DNA from: Candidatus Woesearchaeota archaeon
GTDB taxonomy: Archaea; Nanobdellota; Nanobdellia; Woesearchaeales; UBA9642
Assembly (NCBI GenBank): GCA_016928115.1
Contig: JAFGLI010000014.1
Location: 1-63,118, forward strand
Direction of reading: 5' to 3'
DNA length: 63,118 nucleotides
A program made the translations under genes and the position numbers. The notes below the pieces were generated by a model. It did not search any database and was not told where the DNA came from. It was given only the letters and a program-made list of their open reading frames with translations. This document shows, piece after piece, positions 35,706 through 44,824 of this stretch (position 1 is its first letter; each line of letters opens with the position of its first letter).

Positions 35706-38411
35706 ATGATTGAATACCTGAAAGAGCCTTATAAGGATAAGGAAATATTTAATATTCTAGATCCATTGGTTAAGGAATGGTTTAGTTCTAAGTTCAAAGA
35801 ATTCGCGCCACCACAGTTATTCTCAATAATACCTATACACCAGAGGGAAAATATACTTATATCAAGCCCCACAGGCTCAGGGAAAACCCTTAGTGCATTC
35901 ATGGCAGTCTTAAATGAATTGATTAATCTGGATGAAAAAGGCAAGCTGGAGGACAAGATATACTGCGTTTATATAAGCCCGTTGAAGGCTCTGGCAAATG
36001 ATATTGAGAAAAACCTTAATACTCCATTAAATGAGATGAACAAGATATATAAAAAGAAAAACCCTGAAAAAGAATTGAATGTCAGAGTTGCAATAAGAAC
36101 GGGCGACACAAAAACATATGAAAAAGCAAAAATGCTGAAAAATCCACCACACATCTTAATTACCACACCGGAAAGTTTTGCAATAACCTTAACAACAAAA
36201 AAATTCAGAGAAAACTTCAGGAATGTGCAATGGTGCATTATAGACGAGATACATTCTTTAGCAGACTCAAAAAGAGGAGTTCATTTATCATTATCATTAG
36301 AAAGATTAGAGAACCTGACTTATTTTTCAAGAGTGGGTTTATCAGCAACAATATCACCTATTGAAGAAGTAGGAAAATTCCTGGTTGGAATGAAAGACTA
36401 TGAAAAAAATGAATTCAGAGACTGTAAAATAGTTGATGTTAATTTTCTAAAGAAACTGGACATGAAGGTTTTAAGTCCTGTTGAAAACTTAATTGAATCA
36501 GACTATGAGGAAACACATTCAGAGATGTACAGGTTAATAGATGATCTTATACAGAAGCACAAAACCACTTTGATTTTTACAAACACGAGGGCTGCCACAG
36601 AAAGAGTAGTCCATCATTTAAAAGAAAACTTTCCAAAAAATTATGAAAAAATAGAGGAGGATATGGCTTTTGAGGAAAAAGAAAAAGCTGAAATATCTGG
36701 CATTGATACAAAATCATTTATTGGTGCTCATCACGGCTCTTTAAGCAAAGAACACAGGCTGAATATAGAAAACAGGCTTAAAAAAGGAGAATTAAAATGT
36801 GTTGTTTCCTCAACATCTTTGGAATTAGGAATAGATATAGGATATATTGATTTGGTTATTTTACTAGGCTCTCCAAAATCTGTTGCCAGAGGCTTACAAA
36901 GGATAGGAAGGTCAGGGCATAAACTACATGACAAGGCAAAAGGAAAAATCATTGTCTTAAACAGGGATGACATGGTTGAATGTGCTGTACTGCTGAAAAA
37001 TGCAATTGAGCATAAGATAGACAGGATTGACATTCCTGAGAACTGTTTAGATGTATTGGCACAGCAGATATTTGGAATTGCTTTGGAACAGCCTTATAAT
37101 ATTGAAAAGGTCTATGAAACGGTCAAAAAAAGCTATTGCTACAGAAACCTTATGAAAAATGATTTTGATAATATTATTAATTATCTGATGGGAGAATATG
37201 TTTCCCTTGAAGAAAGAAATGTTTATGCAAAGATATGGTATGATGAAGAAACAGGGATGATCGGAAAAAGAGGTAAATTAGCAAGAGTAATTTATATGAC
37301 TAATATTGGAACAATACCTGATGAATCAGCTGTAAAAGTTAAGATACTAAGAAGGGGGTCATCAAGCTCAGATGAATACATAGGTAAAATAGATGAAGGT
37401 TTTTTAGAAAGGCTGAAAAAAGGAGATATTTTTGTTTTAGGAGGAAAAACCTATGAGTTCAGGTATGCACAGGGCATGAGTGCTTTTGTTAGGAGTACAG
37501 CAAACAGGCCGCCCACAGTGCCTTCCTGGATATCTGAATCCCTGCCATTATCATTTGATTTGGCTATGGAAATACAGAAATTCAGGAGATATATGGATGA
37601 ATATTTTGAAAACAACAGCTCAAAAGAAGATGTGCTTGATTTCATAAATGATTATCTCTATGTTGACAAGAACTGTGCATTTTCTATATATGAATATTTC
37701 AGGCAGCAGTATGACTACAGGGAAATACCACATGACAAAAAACTCATTATAGAGTATTATAATGAAGACGGCGACAGGTATGCAATATTCCATTCATTAT
37801 ACGGAAGAAGGGTAAATGATGTTTTATCAAGAACAATAGCTTATGCTGTATCTAAGATAAATAAGCAGGACATAGAGATCAATATAAGCGACAACGGCTT
37901 TTATCTGAAAAGCTCTAAGCCCATACCTGCATTAAGAGCCCTAAAACTATTAAAAAGCGAAGAAATAAGGAAAGTTGCTGAAATATCTTTAAGGAAAACA
38001 GAGGTTATGGCAAGAAGATTCAGACACTGTGCTTCAAGAGCATTGATGATATTAAGAAGCTATAAAGGAAAGAAGAAAACAGTGAGCAGGCAGCAGTTAA
38101 GCTCAAGGATATTGATGAATGCAGTAGGGAGAATAGACAAGGATTTTCCTATATTAAAAGAAGCAAGAAGAGAGGTTCTGGAGGATTTAATGGACATAGA
38201 AAATACAGAAAAAGTGATAAAGGAAATAGAAGAAGGAAATATAGACATAAAAGAGATTTTCACTAAAATACCCACACCCTTTGCATTTAACCTTATTAGT
38301 TTAGGATATCTTGACATAATGAAGATGGAAGACAAGCATGAATTCTTAAAGAGACTTCATAATATGGTTAAGCTTAAGATTGATTTGGAGAATAAGGGGA
38401 AAAATAAATAA
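35706..38411 (+). CDS. lhr: Lhr-type large ATP-dependent helicase
   Basis: SSPTGSGKTLSAF, DEIH, SAT, a RecA2 domain (LELGIDIG, QRIGRSGH), and a long Lhr-type C-terminal domain. 901 aa. Confidence 0.85.
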   Translation: MIEYLKEPYKDKEIFNILDPLVKEWFSSKFKEFAPPQLFSIIPIHQRENILISSPTGSGKTLSAFMAVLNELINLDEKGKLEDKIYCVYISPLKALANDIEKNLNTPLNEMNKIYKKKNPEKELNVRVAIRTGDTKTYEKAKMLKNPPHILITTPESFAITLTTKKFRENFRNVQWCIIDEIHSLADSKRGVHLSLSLERLENLTYFSRVGLSATISPIEEVGKFLVGMKDYEKNEFRDCKIVDVNFLKKLDMKVLSPVENLIESDYEETHSEMYRLIDDLIQKHKTTLIFTNTRAATERVVHHLKENFPKNYEKIEEDMAFEEKEKAEISGIDTKSFIGAHHGSLSKEHRLNIENRLKKGELKCVVSSTSLELGIDIGYIDLVILLGSPKSVARGLQRIGRSGHKLHDKAKGKIIVLNRDDMVECAVLLKNAIEHKIDRIDIPENCLDVLAQQIFGIALEQPYNIEKVYETVKKSYCYRNLMKNDFDNIINYLMGEYVSLEERNVYAKIWYDEETGMIGKRGKLARVIYMTNIGTIPDESAVKVKILRRGSSSSDEYIGKIDEGFLERLKKGDIFVLGGKTYEFRYAQGMSAFVRSTANRPPTVPSWISESLPLSFDLAMEIQKFRRYMDEYFENNSSKEDVLDFINDYLYVDKNCAFSIYEYFRQQYDYREIPHDKKLIIEYYNEDGDRYAIFHSLYGRRVNDVLSRTIAYAVSKINKQDIEINISDNGFYLKSSKPIPALRALKLLKSEEIRKVAEISLRKTEVMARRFRHCASRALMILRSYKGKKKTVSRQQLSSRILMNAVGRIDKDFPILKEARREVLEDLMDIENTEKVIKEIEEGNIDIKEIFTKIPTPFAFNLISLGYLDIMKMEDKHEFLKRLHNMVKLKIDLENKGKNK

Positions 38412-38434
38412 TTCTTCTTAAAATTTAACTATTA

Positions 38435-39082
38435 TTAAAGCGTATTTATTGACTTCCCATATGAACGGCCTTTTCCATCTATGTAAAAACCAGCAGAAAT
38501 GAATAAAAAGTCAGTAGATGACAAAGAAGCCAAGGTAGCAACACATTCATGAGCATCATATCTATTACAATTATTATAGGTATATGTAGAAGGAGTGAAA
38601 ACAAATGTGTATTTGGTTTTTTTATTAGTTAATTCTCTTAAGGTTTCCTTAATTTCTTTAGGTTCATCAGTTGTACTAAACAGATTCTGCAAAAAAGTAA
38701 GACCTTGATGAGTCCTTAAAACTTGATCTATAGATACACCCTGGCCTTCAATAGAAAAATATTCGGGAATTTTTAATATATGTGTTTTAGGCTCAATAAT
38801 ATTGCTTCCAGAATAGTGAATTATTGTTCCCTCTAATTCTGATGAAGAATCATAATTATAAATTATTTTTGTACTAGTTATAATAGTATAATCTAAATCT
38901 TTTTGAATATTTTTATGGGTTTCAAAATCAGCACTTTTTCCAGCTTCATACAAATCAGGCATACTGGCCATAATTTTGTATTTTTTATTAAATTCTCTAA
39001 TAAAATCTTTCTGTTTTAAAAGTAATGGCTCGTTATTTTTATCTAATAAATGATTTTGATCAATATTTATTTTAATATCCAT
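38435..39082 (-). CDS. Hypothetical protein
   Basis: Clean 215-aa ORF with no recognised motifs. Confidence 0.35.
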   Translation of the reverse strand: MDIKINIDQNHLLDKNNEPLLLKQKDFIREFNKKYKIMASMPDLYEAGKSADFETHKNIQKDLDYTIITSTKIIYNYDSSSELEGTIIHYSGSNIIEPKTHILKIPEYFSIEGQGVSIDQVLRTHQGLTFLQNLFSTTDEPKEIKETLRELTNKKTKYTFVFTPSTYTYNNCNRYDAHECVATLASLSSTDFLFISAGFYIDGKGRSYGKSINTL

Positions 39083-39199
39083 CTAAATACACCCCTAAAT
39101 ATATATTATTTTTAATATTTTAATATAACTATTTAAATGTAGTAATTAGTAATTTTATATAAATGTTCCTATTTTTATACAATAAGAAAAAACTAAAAA

Positions 39200-39270
39200 T
39201 GCACCAGCCGGGATTTGAACCCGAATAACTGGCTTGGGAAGCCAGTGTCATACCATTAGACCACTAGTGC
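39200..39270 (-). tRNA. tRNA-Gly(CCC)
   Basis: Acceptor GCACUAG/CUGGUGC, anticodon stem CUGGC/GCCAG with loop UUCCCAA, T arm CGGG-UUCAAAU-CCCG. Confidence 0.88.
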
Positions 39271-39359
39271 TTTATGTTTTATTCTAGTAGGGGAATATGC
39301 TGAGGTATATAAAAATAATGATTATTCAAAACTATCAATTATATAAAAGAAAACTTAAT

Positions 39360-39740
39360 TTATATATGAAAAAACCTGATGAAATCACCTATTAAAGGCA
39401 ATCTTCTGTATTTCCCTGTTACTGCATTCTGGATGCCTTTTACAAAGCAGAACAACAAGAATAAAACTGCAAGGTAAAGAACAACCTTTAATATAAGAAC
39501 CCAGCCAAGAGCCCACAACAAAGCCCAGTTGATTATTGCTGATATAAATAAAATCATCCCCTGCCCAGCATGAAATAAAGCAAATTTATTATCTCTTTTC
39601 ATTGAAAAAGGAAATATGAATAGGAATCCAATATAACTCATTACAGCCCAGAATTTCCCGGACTTAACCTCATCTATTTTATCTTTTTTATTTTCTTCTT
39701 CAGAATCCTGTTTTTCATCAACCTGTTCTTTTTCGTCCAT
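39360..39740 (-). CDS. DUF4870-like membrane protein
   Basis: WAVMSYIGFLFIFPF...FALFHAGQGMILF pattern, three TM helices, and an acidic N-terminus. Confidence 0.55.
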   Translation of the reverse strand: MDEKEQVDEKQDSEEENKKDKIDEVKSGKFWAVMSYIGFLFIFPFSMKRDNKFALFHAGQGMILFISAIINWALLWALGWVLILKVVLYLAVLFLLFCFVKGIQNAVTGKYRRLPLIGDFIRFFHI

Positions 39741-39839
39741 CTTTGATATTATTGTTTTCTTGTTTTATAAATATTGTTGAATTTAAGTGGGCCTAGGAGG
39801 ATCCACAAGAGATTTTTCAGGAAAAAACAAAAATCTCGT

Positions 39840-39880
39840 AAAAAATGAGGAGGATGCGCTCACTTTGTTCGCTTACCTCC
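39840..39880 (-). terminator. Hairpin + U6 downstream of tRNA-Arg(UCG)
   Basis: The minus strand reads GGAGGUAAGCG...GCGCAUCCUCC followed by UCAUUUUUU. Confidence 0.4.
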
Positions 39881-39893
39881 TTTTGAAAATAAG

Positions 39894-40085
39894 TGGGCCC
39901 AGGAGGATTCGAACCCCCGTCAATCGGTTTCATCTATTCTTCTCAAAAGTTTATCCGAAGCCGACCGCACGATTTACCTGATCTTTCAAAAAATTCCTCA
40001 ATGAATGGGGCTTCAACAAAGTTGAACGCCCCATACGTTCCTTCTCCGAGTTCTTCGAAAGAACTCCAGGCTATGCTATGGGCCC
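39894..40085 (-). tRNA. tRNA-Arg(UCG) with two insertions: a ~90-nt one in the D-loop region and a 26-nt canonical 37/38 intron
   Basis: Acceptor GGGCCCA/UGGGCCC, T arm GGGGG-UUCGAAU-CCUCC, and D stem GCAU...GUGC separated by ~95 nt (about 39971-40065). Anticodon stem GUCGG/CCGAU encloses CUUCGG + 26 nt (39929-39954) + A. The anticodon cga lies at 39956-39958 on the plus strand. Confidence 0.7.
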
Positions 40086-40145
40086 TTAATATGTTATTAT
40101 AAAAGATTAAATTTAAATATTTTCTTTTAAACAACAATATATAAT

Positions 40146-40982
40146 ATGAAAAAAACCATCTTATTAATAGTTTTTGTATTTTGCTTATTTTCAATAACTA
40201 TTGTAAACGCCCAGAAGGCAGATAAGGTAGATACAGAATTCAGGATTATAGACAATATTTTATATGTTGAAAAAACCATTGAATTTGATAATCCAATAAA
40301 CCAGGAATACAATTTTGACCTTCCTGAAGACGCAAGAGGCATTTCTCTTTATTTAAATAATAAATCATCAGAATATAATAAAACAATTATTCTTAAGGAT
40401 ATATCTTCTCTCAGAATAAATTATTTAACAAATAAATTTCTGGACAGAAATACTTTTATTTACCATTACAACAGTGAATTTGAAACAGAAAACCTAAGGA
40501 TAATCCTGTATATGGATGAAAGGCATTTAAAAGAAGAGATATCTGAGGGAAAAGGCTCTATTTATCCTAAACCAGATGAGACTGAAAGCGACGGAAAAGC
40601 TATTGTTTTCATATGGAACAGGAAATATTTCCTTCCTGAAGAAGAATTTTCATTATTGGTTATCTTAGAGCCGGAATCGAATATGAATTACTCTTTTTTA
40701 TGGATAACTGGAATAATAATCCTGATTTCTACAGGAATATGGTTTTTTATAAAACAAAGGGGAAAAAAGCCCAAAGTTAATATAGAGGCACTTTCAAAAA
40801 GACAAAAGCAAATATATATGATTGTAAGAAAACATAAGAGAATAACACAATCTAATCTGCAGGATAAACTAAATCTGCCAAAATCCTCTTTATCACGGAA
40901 TATTGACAGCATGGTAAGGAAGGGCATAATAGAAAAAAAGAAAAGAGGTATGACTAATCTGATAATGCTGAAAAAAGACTGA
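40146..40982 (+). CDS. Membrane-tethered winged-helix (MarR-like) regulator with an extracytoplasmic domain
   Basis: Signal/anchor MKKTILLIVFVFCLFSITIVNA, a ~170-aa external domain, a TM helix (WITGIIILISTGIWFFI), and a cytoplasmic wHTH (ITQSNLQDKLNLPKSSLSRNIDSMVRKGIIEKK). Confidence 0.6.
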   Translation: MKKTILLIVFVFCLFSITIVNAQKADKVDTEFRIIDNILYVEKTIEFDNPINQEYNFDLPEDARGISLYLNNKSSEYNKTIILKDISSLRINYLTNKFLDRNTFIYHYNSEFETENLRIILYMDERHLKEEISEGKGSIYPKPDETESDGKAIVFIWNRKYFLPEEEFSLLVILEPESNMNYSFLWITGIIILISTGIWFFIKQRGKKPKVNIEALSKRQKQIYMIVRKHKRITQSNLQDKLNLPKSSLSRNIDSMVRKGIIEKKKRGMTNLIMLKKD

Positions 40983-41000
40983 TTCTTGATTATTCCTCCA

Positions 41001-41053
41001 TTGTTCTGGGTTGTTCCGGTTGATTCCGGCTAAAACTAATAAGTTGTTCCGCC
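41001..41053. promoter_or_regulatory. Operator-like run of four TTGTTCCGG-type decamers just upstream of the 41092 promoter
   Basis: TTGTTCTGGG TTGTTCCGGT TGATTCCGGC ...(10 nt)... AAGTTGTTCCGCC, immediately followed by TATA-like CTTATATTAAAG. GC-rich relative to its surroundings. Confidence 0.45.
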
Positions 41054-41091
41054 TTATATTAAAGAATAAAACCTAATGCGAGGTGTAAAAA

Positions 41092-41940
41092 ATGAAAAAA
41101 ATATTGTTTTTGGCAATAATACTGGCAGTGATGGCAGCAGTGCCTTTTGCTGTGGCAGAAACAAACGAGACAGGAGTTAATGAAACCCGGGAACAGGAAA
41201 TGGAACAGGAAATGGAACAGACTGCAGGAATTGGACCCAATAGCCCGTTTTACGGTCTTGAGAGGTCAATGGAGAGGCTTAGGGTTGCTTTTACATTCAG
41301 AAAAGCAGCCAAGACAGAGCTGAAATCCAGGTATGCTGAAGAGAGGCTGGCAGAAGCATATAAGATGATTAAGGAAAACAGGATAGAGCAGGCTGAAAAA
41401 GCAAAGAGACATTACAATGCCCTGATGGAAGATATAGGAAAAGACATAGAAGAAACAGAACTGGAGGGCAATGGGGAAGAGATTAACAACAGTCTGGCAT
41501 TAATGAGAAGAATAGAAAACAAGCAGAAAGTTATAGAATGGATCGGTCAAAACATAAAAATCAAAGTAAGGGGAAATTTAACAAAAGAGCAACAGGAGAA
41601 GATTGATGAATTACTGGCTGAATTTAATGAAACTGCTGATAAAATAAAAATAGATATTGACAATAAAGTGGATAAATGGAAGATTGCAGCCAAAGCAAGA
41701 GGAAACCTTACTGATGAAGAAGTAAACCAAATGGTTGAAAGAGTAAGAGAAAGAGTCCAGAAAAGATTACAGGAACATAAAGAAGAAATTGGGGAAATGA
41801 TACAAGAAAGAGTCCAGGAAAGAGAGGAAAAAAGAGAAGAGATAAGAAAAAGAATAGAAGAAGAGAATAATGAAGACAATACGAATGTAAACCAAACTTC
41901 TGAAAACCAAGGAGGCAATCAGGGTTTTGGAAGCAATTGA
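41092..41940 (+). CDS. Secreted coiled-coil protein, DUF5667-like
   Basis: Signal peptide, GIGPNSPFYGLERSMERLRVAF (the DUF5667 PdSPlY.lKR pattern), and long helical K/E repeats. GAGGTG Shine-Dalgarno upstream. Confidence 0.5.
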   Translation: MKKILFLAIILAVMAAVPFAVAETNETGVNETREQEMEQEMEQTAGIGPNSPFYGLERSMERLRVAFTFRKAAKTELKSRYAEERLAEAYKMIKENRIEQAEKAKRHYNALMEDIGKDIEETELEGNGEEINNSLALMRRIENKQKVIEWIGQNIKIKVRGNLTKEQQEKIDELLAEFNETADKIKIDIDNKVDKWKIAAKARGNLTDEEVNQMVERVRERVQKRLQEHKEEIGEMIQERVQEREEKREEIRKRIEEENNEDNTNVNQTSENQGGNQGFGSN

Positions 41941-41993
41941 TTAATATAAATTTTTTATTTTTTCTTTTTTTTATTTAATAAAAATTTCAAAGG

Positions 41994-42596
41994 ATGAAAA
42001 TGCAAGAAACAATAAAACTAAAGGATTTAGAAGAAAAAGTTAAAATTTGTGAAATTAGTCTGGGAATTAATAAGAAAAAAGTTTTTATAGGTGTTAAAAA
42101 GCTTAGGTATGGGGAATTAGCTGACAGATTATATTATATTATGGAAGAGGGAAAATGCAATAATTATGATGAGATGATAAATTGCTTAAAAAAACTGGAT
42201 AAAAGCCTTATACTTTATATCATACCTGCTGAAGAAAAAGAGTTTTATGAAACATTGCAAAAAGAAGGAATGCTTCTTGTTAATTATATTAAAACCAACA
42301 ATGAGAGATTCATTCCTGAGGGACTGAAAAACCCTAATGAAACTAAGCTGGATAAAATAGGAGCTAAACAATGCCTGAAACTTTGTTATAATGAGATAAA
42401 GAAAATACAGGAAGAATACAGCATGCCTAACAATGATATAATTAATAAGATAGAAAAATATATCTTATCTGATTATACTGATGAAAAAGAGGTAATATTT
42501 GAAACAGAAGATGATTCTGACTTATTTCAGAAAAAAGAAAATCCTTCTGAAAAAGAAATAATAAAATACAGAAAAAATTTTTCACAAGCATTCTGA
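41994..42596 (+). CDS. Hypothetical protein
   Basis: 200-aa ORF with no recognised motif. Confidence 0.35.
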   Translation: MKMQETIKLKDLEEKVKICEISLGINKKKVFIGVKKLRYGELADRLYYIMEEGKCNNYDEMINCLKKLDKSLILYIIPAEEKEFYETLQKEGMLLVNYIKTNNERFIPEGLKNPNETKLDKIGAKQCLKLCYNEIKKIQEEYSMPNNDIINKIEKYILSDYTDEKEVIFETEDDSDLFQKKENPSEKEIIKYRKNFSQAF

Positions 42597-42633
42597 GAGA
42601 AATAATTGTTTATAATCTTGCTCATATATATTT

Positions 42634-44094
42634 CTAATAAGTCTTCCCGAAATAAGCATAAACTTTTGCTTCTTTATCGCAGAAAGCACATTTGCCTTTT
42701 GCTTTTCCGATCTTATCTTCAGGCATATTTAATGATTTTATTCCGGTTGTTTTGTCTTTCAGGTTTTCTTCACACTCTACATTATTGCACCATTTAGCAT
42801 AACCTATCTTTCCTTTATTAACAGCATTCTCCAGTTCTTTTATATTCTTTACTTCCTTAATAGAATTCTTTAGTTTTTCTTCTGAGCGTTTCAATAATTG
42901 CTTCTGAATATCATCAAGTAATTCTTTTATTTTTTTGCCCAGATTTTTAATATTAACATTTTCTTTCTTGCCATTATCTCTTCTTACAACAGTTACAATT
43001 TTCTTTTCCAGCTCCCTTGGTCCTAATTCTATTCTTAAAGGAACACCTTTCATTTCCCACTGGTTGAATTTCCAGCCCGGTTTGTAGTTTTCCCTTTTAT
43101 CGGTTTTAACCCTGAAGCCTTTTTTCTCTAATTTCTGCTTTAATTTGTCTGTTTCCTTAAACAATTCTTTTTTGTGTTTGTCAAATATTATAGGAATGAT
43201 AACAACCTGGTATGGGGCAATTTTAGGTGGTAAAATTAAACCCTGGTCATCCCCATGCACAGCTATAAGGACCCCCAGCATTCTTGTGCTTATTGCCCAT
43301 GTATTCTGAAAGACAAATTTTTCTTTTTCATCTTCATCTATAAATTTAATGCTATATGCTTTGGCAAAATTCTGCCCATCATAATGAAAATCTGGCCCTT
43401 GGGCAATTTTACCATTAGGCAACCTGTATTCTATGCTTTTGGTAAAAACTGCTCCCGCAAACTTTTCATTTTCTGATTTCTTGCCTCTTAAACCCTTAAG
43501 AGCTAAATAATTTTCGCAGATATCCTGCCACATATCCATTATTGATTTATCTTCATCCAAAGCGCCTTTCTCATCTGCAAAGACGGTGTGGCCTTCAACC
43601 CAAAGAAATTCTCTTGACCTTAAAAAAGGAACAGGATTCTTGAATTCCCATCTCACAACATTATTCCACTGGCACATCTTTAAAGGCAAATCCCTGTGGC
43701 TTCTTATCCATTTGCTGTATGAATCATACATTATAGCTTCGCTTGTTGGCCTTACTGCTAATCTCTCTCCTAATTTAGTATTGCCTGCTTTCTCCACCCA
43801 CGCAACCTCGGGGCTGAAGCCTTCCACATGCTCGGCTTCTTTTTCAAGAAGCTTTTCAGGAATAAATAAAGGAAAATATGCCTCTCCCACATCCATCTTA
43901 TTCAATCTTTTTTTGGTTTCTTCTCTGATTTTATCCCAGATTGTATGGGCATACGGCTTGAACACAACACATCCTGAAACTAAAGTATAATCAGCCAGAT
44001 CAGCTTTTTGAAAAGCCTGCGTGTACCACTCATTAAAGTTCTTTTCTTTTTTTACAGTAATGCCTTTTTCCTCGGTTTTCTTTTTTTCAGACAT
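42634..44094 (-). CDS. proS: Prolyl-tRNA synthetase (archaeal/eukaryal type)
   Basis: Class II motifs, a C-terminal Zn-binding domain (CAFCDKEA), and the terminal ...GKTY. Confidence 0.9.
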   Translation of the reverse strand: MSEKKKTEEKGITVKKEKNFNEWYTQAFQKADLADYTLVSGCVVFKPYAHTIWDKIREETKKRLNKMDVGEAYFPLFIPEKLLEKEAEHVEGFSPEVAWVEKAGNTKLGERLAVRPTSEAIMYDSYSKWIRSHRDLPLKMCQWNNVVRWEFKNPVPFLRSREFLWVEGHTVFADEKGALDEDKSIMDMWQDICENYLALKGLRGKKSENEKFAGAVFTKSIEYRLPNGKIAQGPDFHYDGQNFAKAYSIKFIDEDEKEKFVFQNTWAISTRMLGVLIAVHGDDQGLILPPKIAPYQVVIIPIIFDKHKKELFKETDKLKQKLEKKGFRVKTDKRENYKPGWKFNQWEMKGVPLRIELGPRELEKKIVTVVRRDNGKKENVNIKNLGKKIKELLDDIQKQLLKRSEEKLKNSIKEVKNIKELENAVNKGKIGYAKWCNNVECEENLKDKTTGIKSLNMPEDKIGKAKGKCAFCDKEAKVYAYFGKTY

Positions 44095-44209
44095 ATAACA
44101 GAAAGTAGAATAAATAGTTTTTAAATTTAACGGAATTAAGAAGAAAATATATTTTCACATCTAAAAAAATAAAAATAAAAGAAAAAAGAAAAAAATAAAT
44201 ATTTTACTC

Positions 44210-44680
44210 TTAAGCTATTTTCCCTATAACTGTTCCTGTTGCTATGTGCTGCAGCCCTGTTTCTGAATCTGTGTACGTAACTCTTAAGTCATCCTTGAAC
44301 TTCTCACCAGATGTAAGGGAAACTAAACAGGATATTGTCACTTTTTGATTGTTCTGGACAGCCAAATCAGTAACTCCTGTGGTTATGTTGCCTGCGCCTG
44401 AACCAAGAGAATATGCAGTTAATGTAGTCTCAGTGCCATTAACATTAGTTATATTAATAGTATGCCCCTGATTGTTTGCAAGAACAACAACTACGCCAGA
44501 AGAGTTTATGCTTGCTTTGCCTATACAGTCCAGTCCGGGAGGAAAAGTACATTTCTCTGGTAAAAACTGTGCAGGACTCAAAACACCGAAATAAGCTAAT
44601 GCTCCGATTGCTGCCAAAACTACAAGAATAGCCCATCCATAAGTCATCAAGAATTCCATTGCTGCTTGTGCTTTTTTCAT
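44210..44680 (-). CDS. Archaeal type IV pilin-like protein (class III signal peptide)
   Basis: MKKAQAAMEFLMTYGWAILVVLAAIGAL prepilin-type N-terminus. GAGGTGAT Shine-Dalgarno upstream. Paralogue of the next gene. Confidence 0.75.
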   Translation of the reverse strand: MKKAQAAMEFLMTYGWAILVVLAAIGALAYFGVLSPAQFLPEKCTFPPGLDCIGKASINSSGVVVVLANNQGHTINITNVNGTETTLTAYSLGSGAGNITTGVTDLAVQNNQKVTISCLVSLTSGEKFKDDLRVTYTDSETGLQHIATGTVIGKIA

Positions 44681-44824
44681 CTTTTAATCACCTCTTTTTG
44701 TTTTTTTATATTTTCAGATTTTTAAATTTTATTATTTTTTGCAGTTATAGATAAGAAATATACCTTTTAATATATAAATGTTTCTATTTTTATACATTTT
44801 AGTATACTAATATGGTATTTATTA

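Noticed and set aside
27310-38411. Helicase pair (Hel308 fragment and Lhr) as a defence system
   Set aside because: Lhr and Hel308 are housekeeping repair helicases in archaea. They are 8 kb apart, separated by core genes, and not associated with nucleases or methyltransferases here.
39787-40342. ORFs of 64-83 aa overlapping the tRNA-Arg(UCG) locus
   Set aside because: They run through a region that folds as an intron-containing tRNA plus its terminator hairpins, and they have no coding signature.
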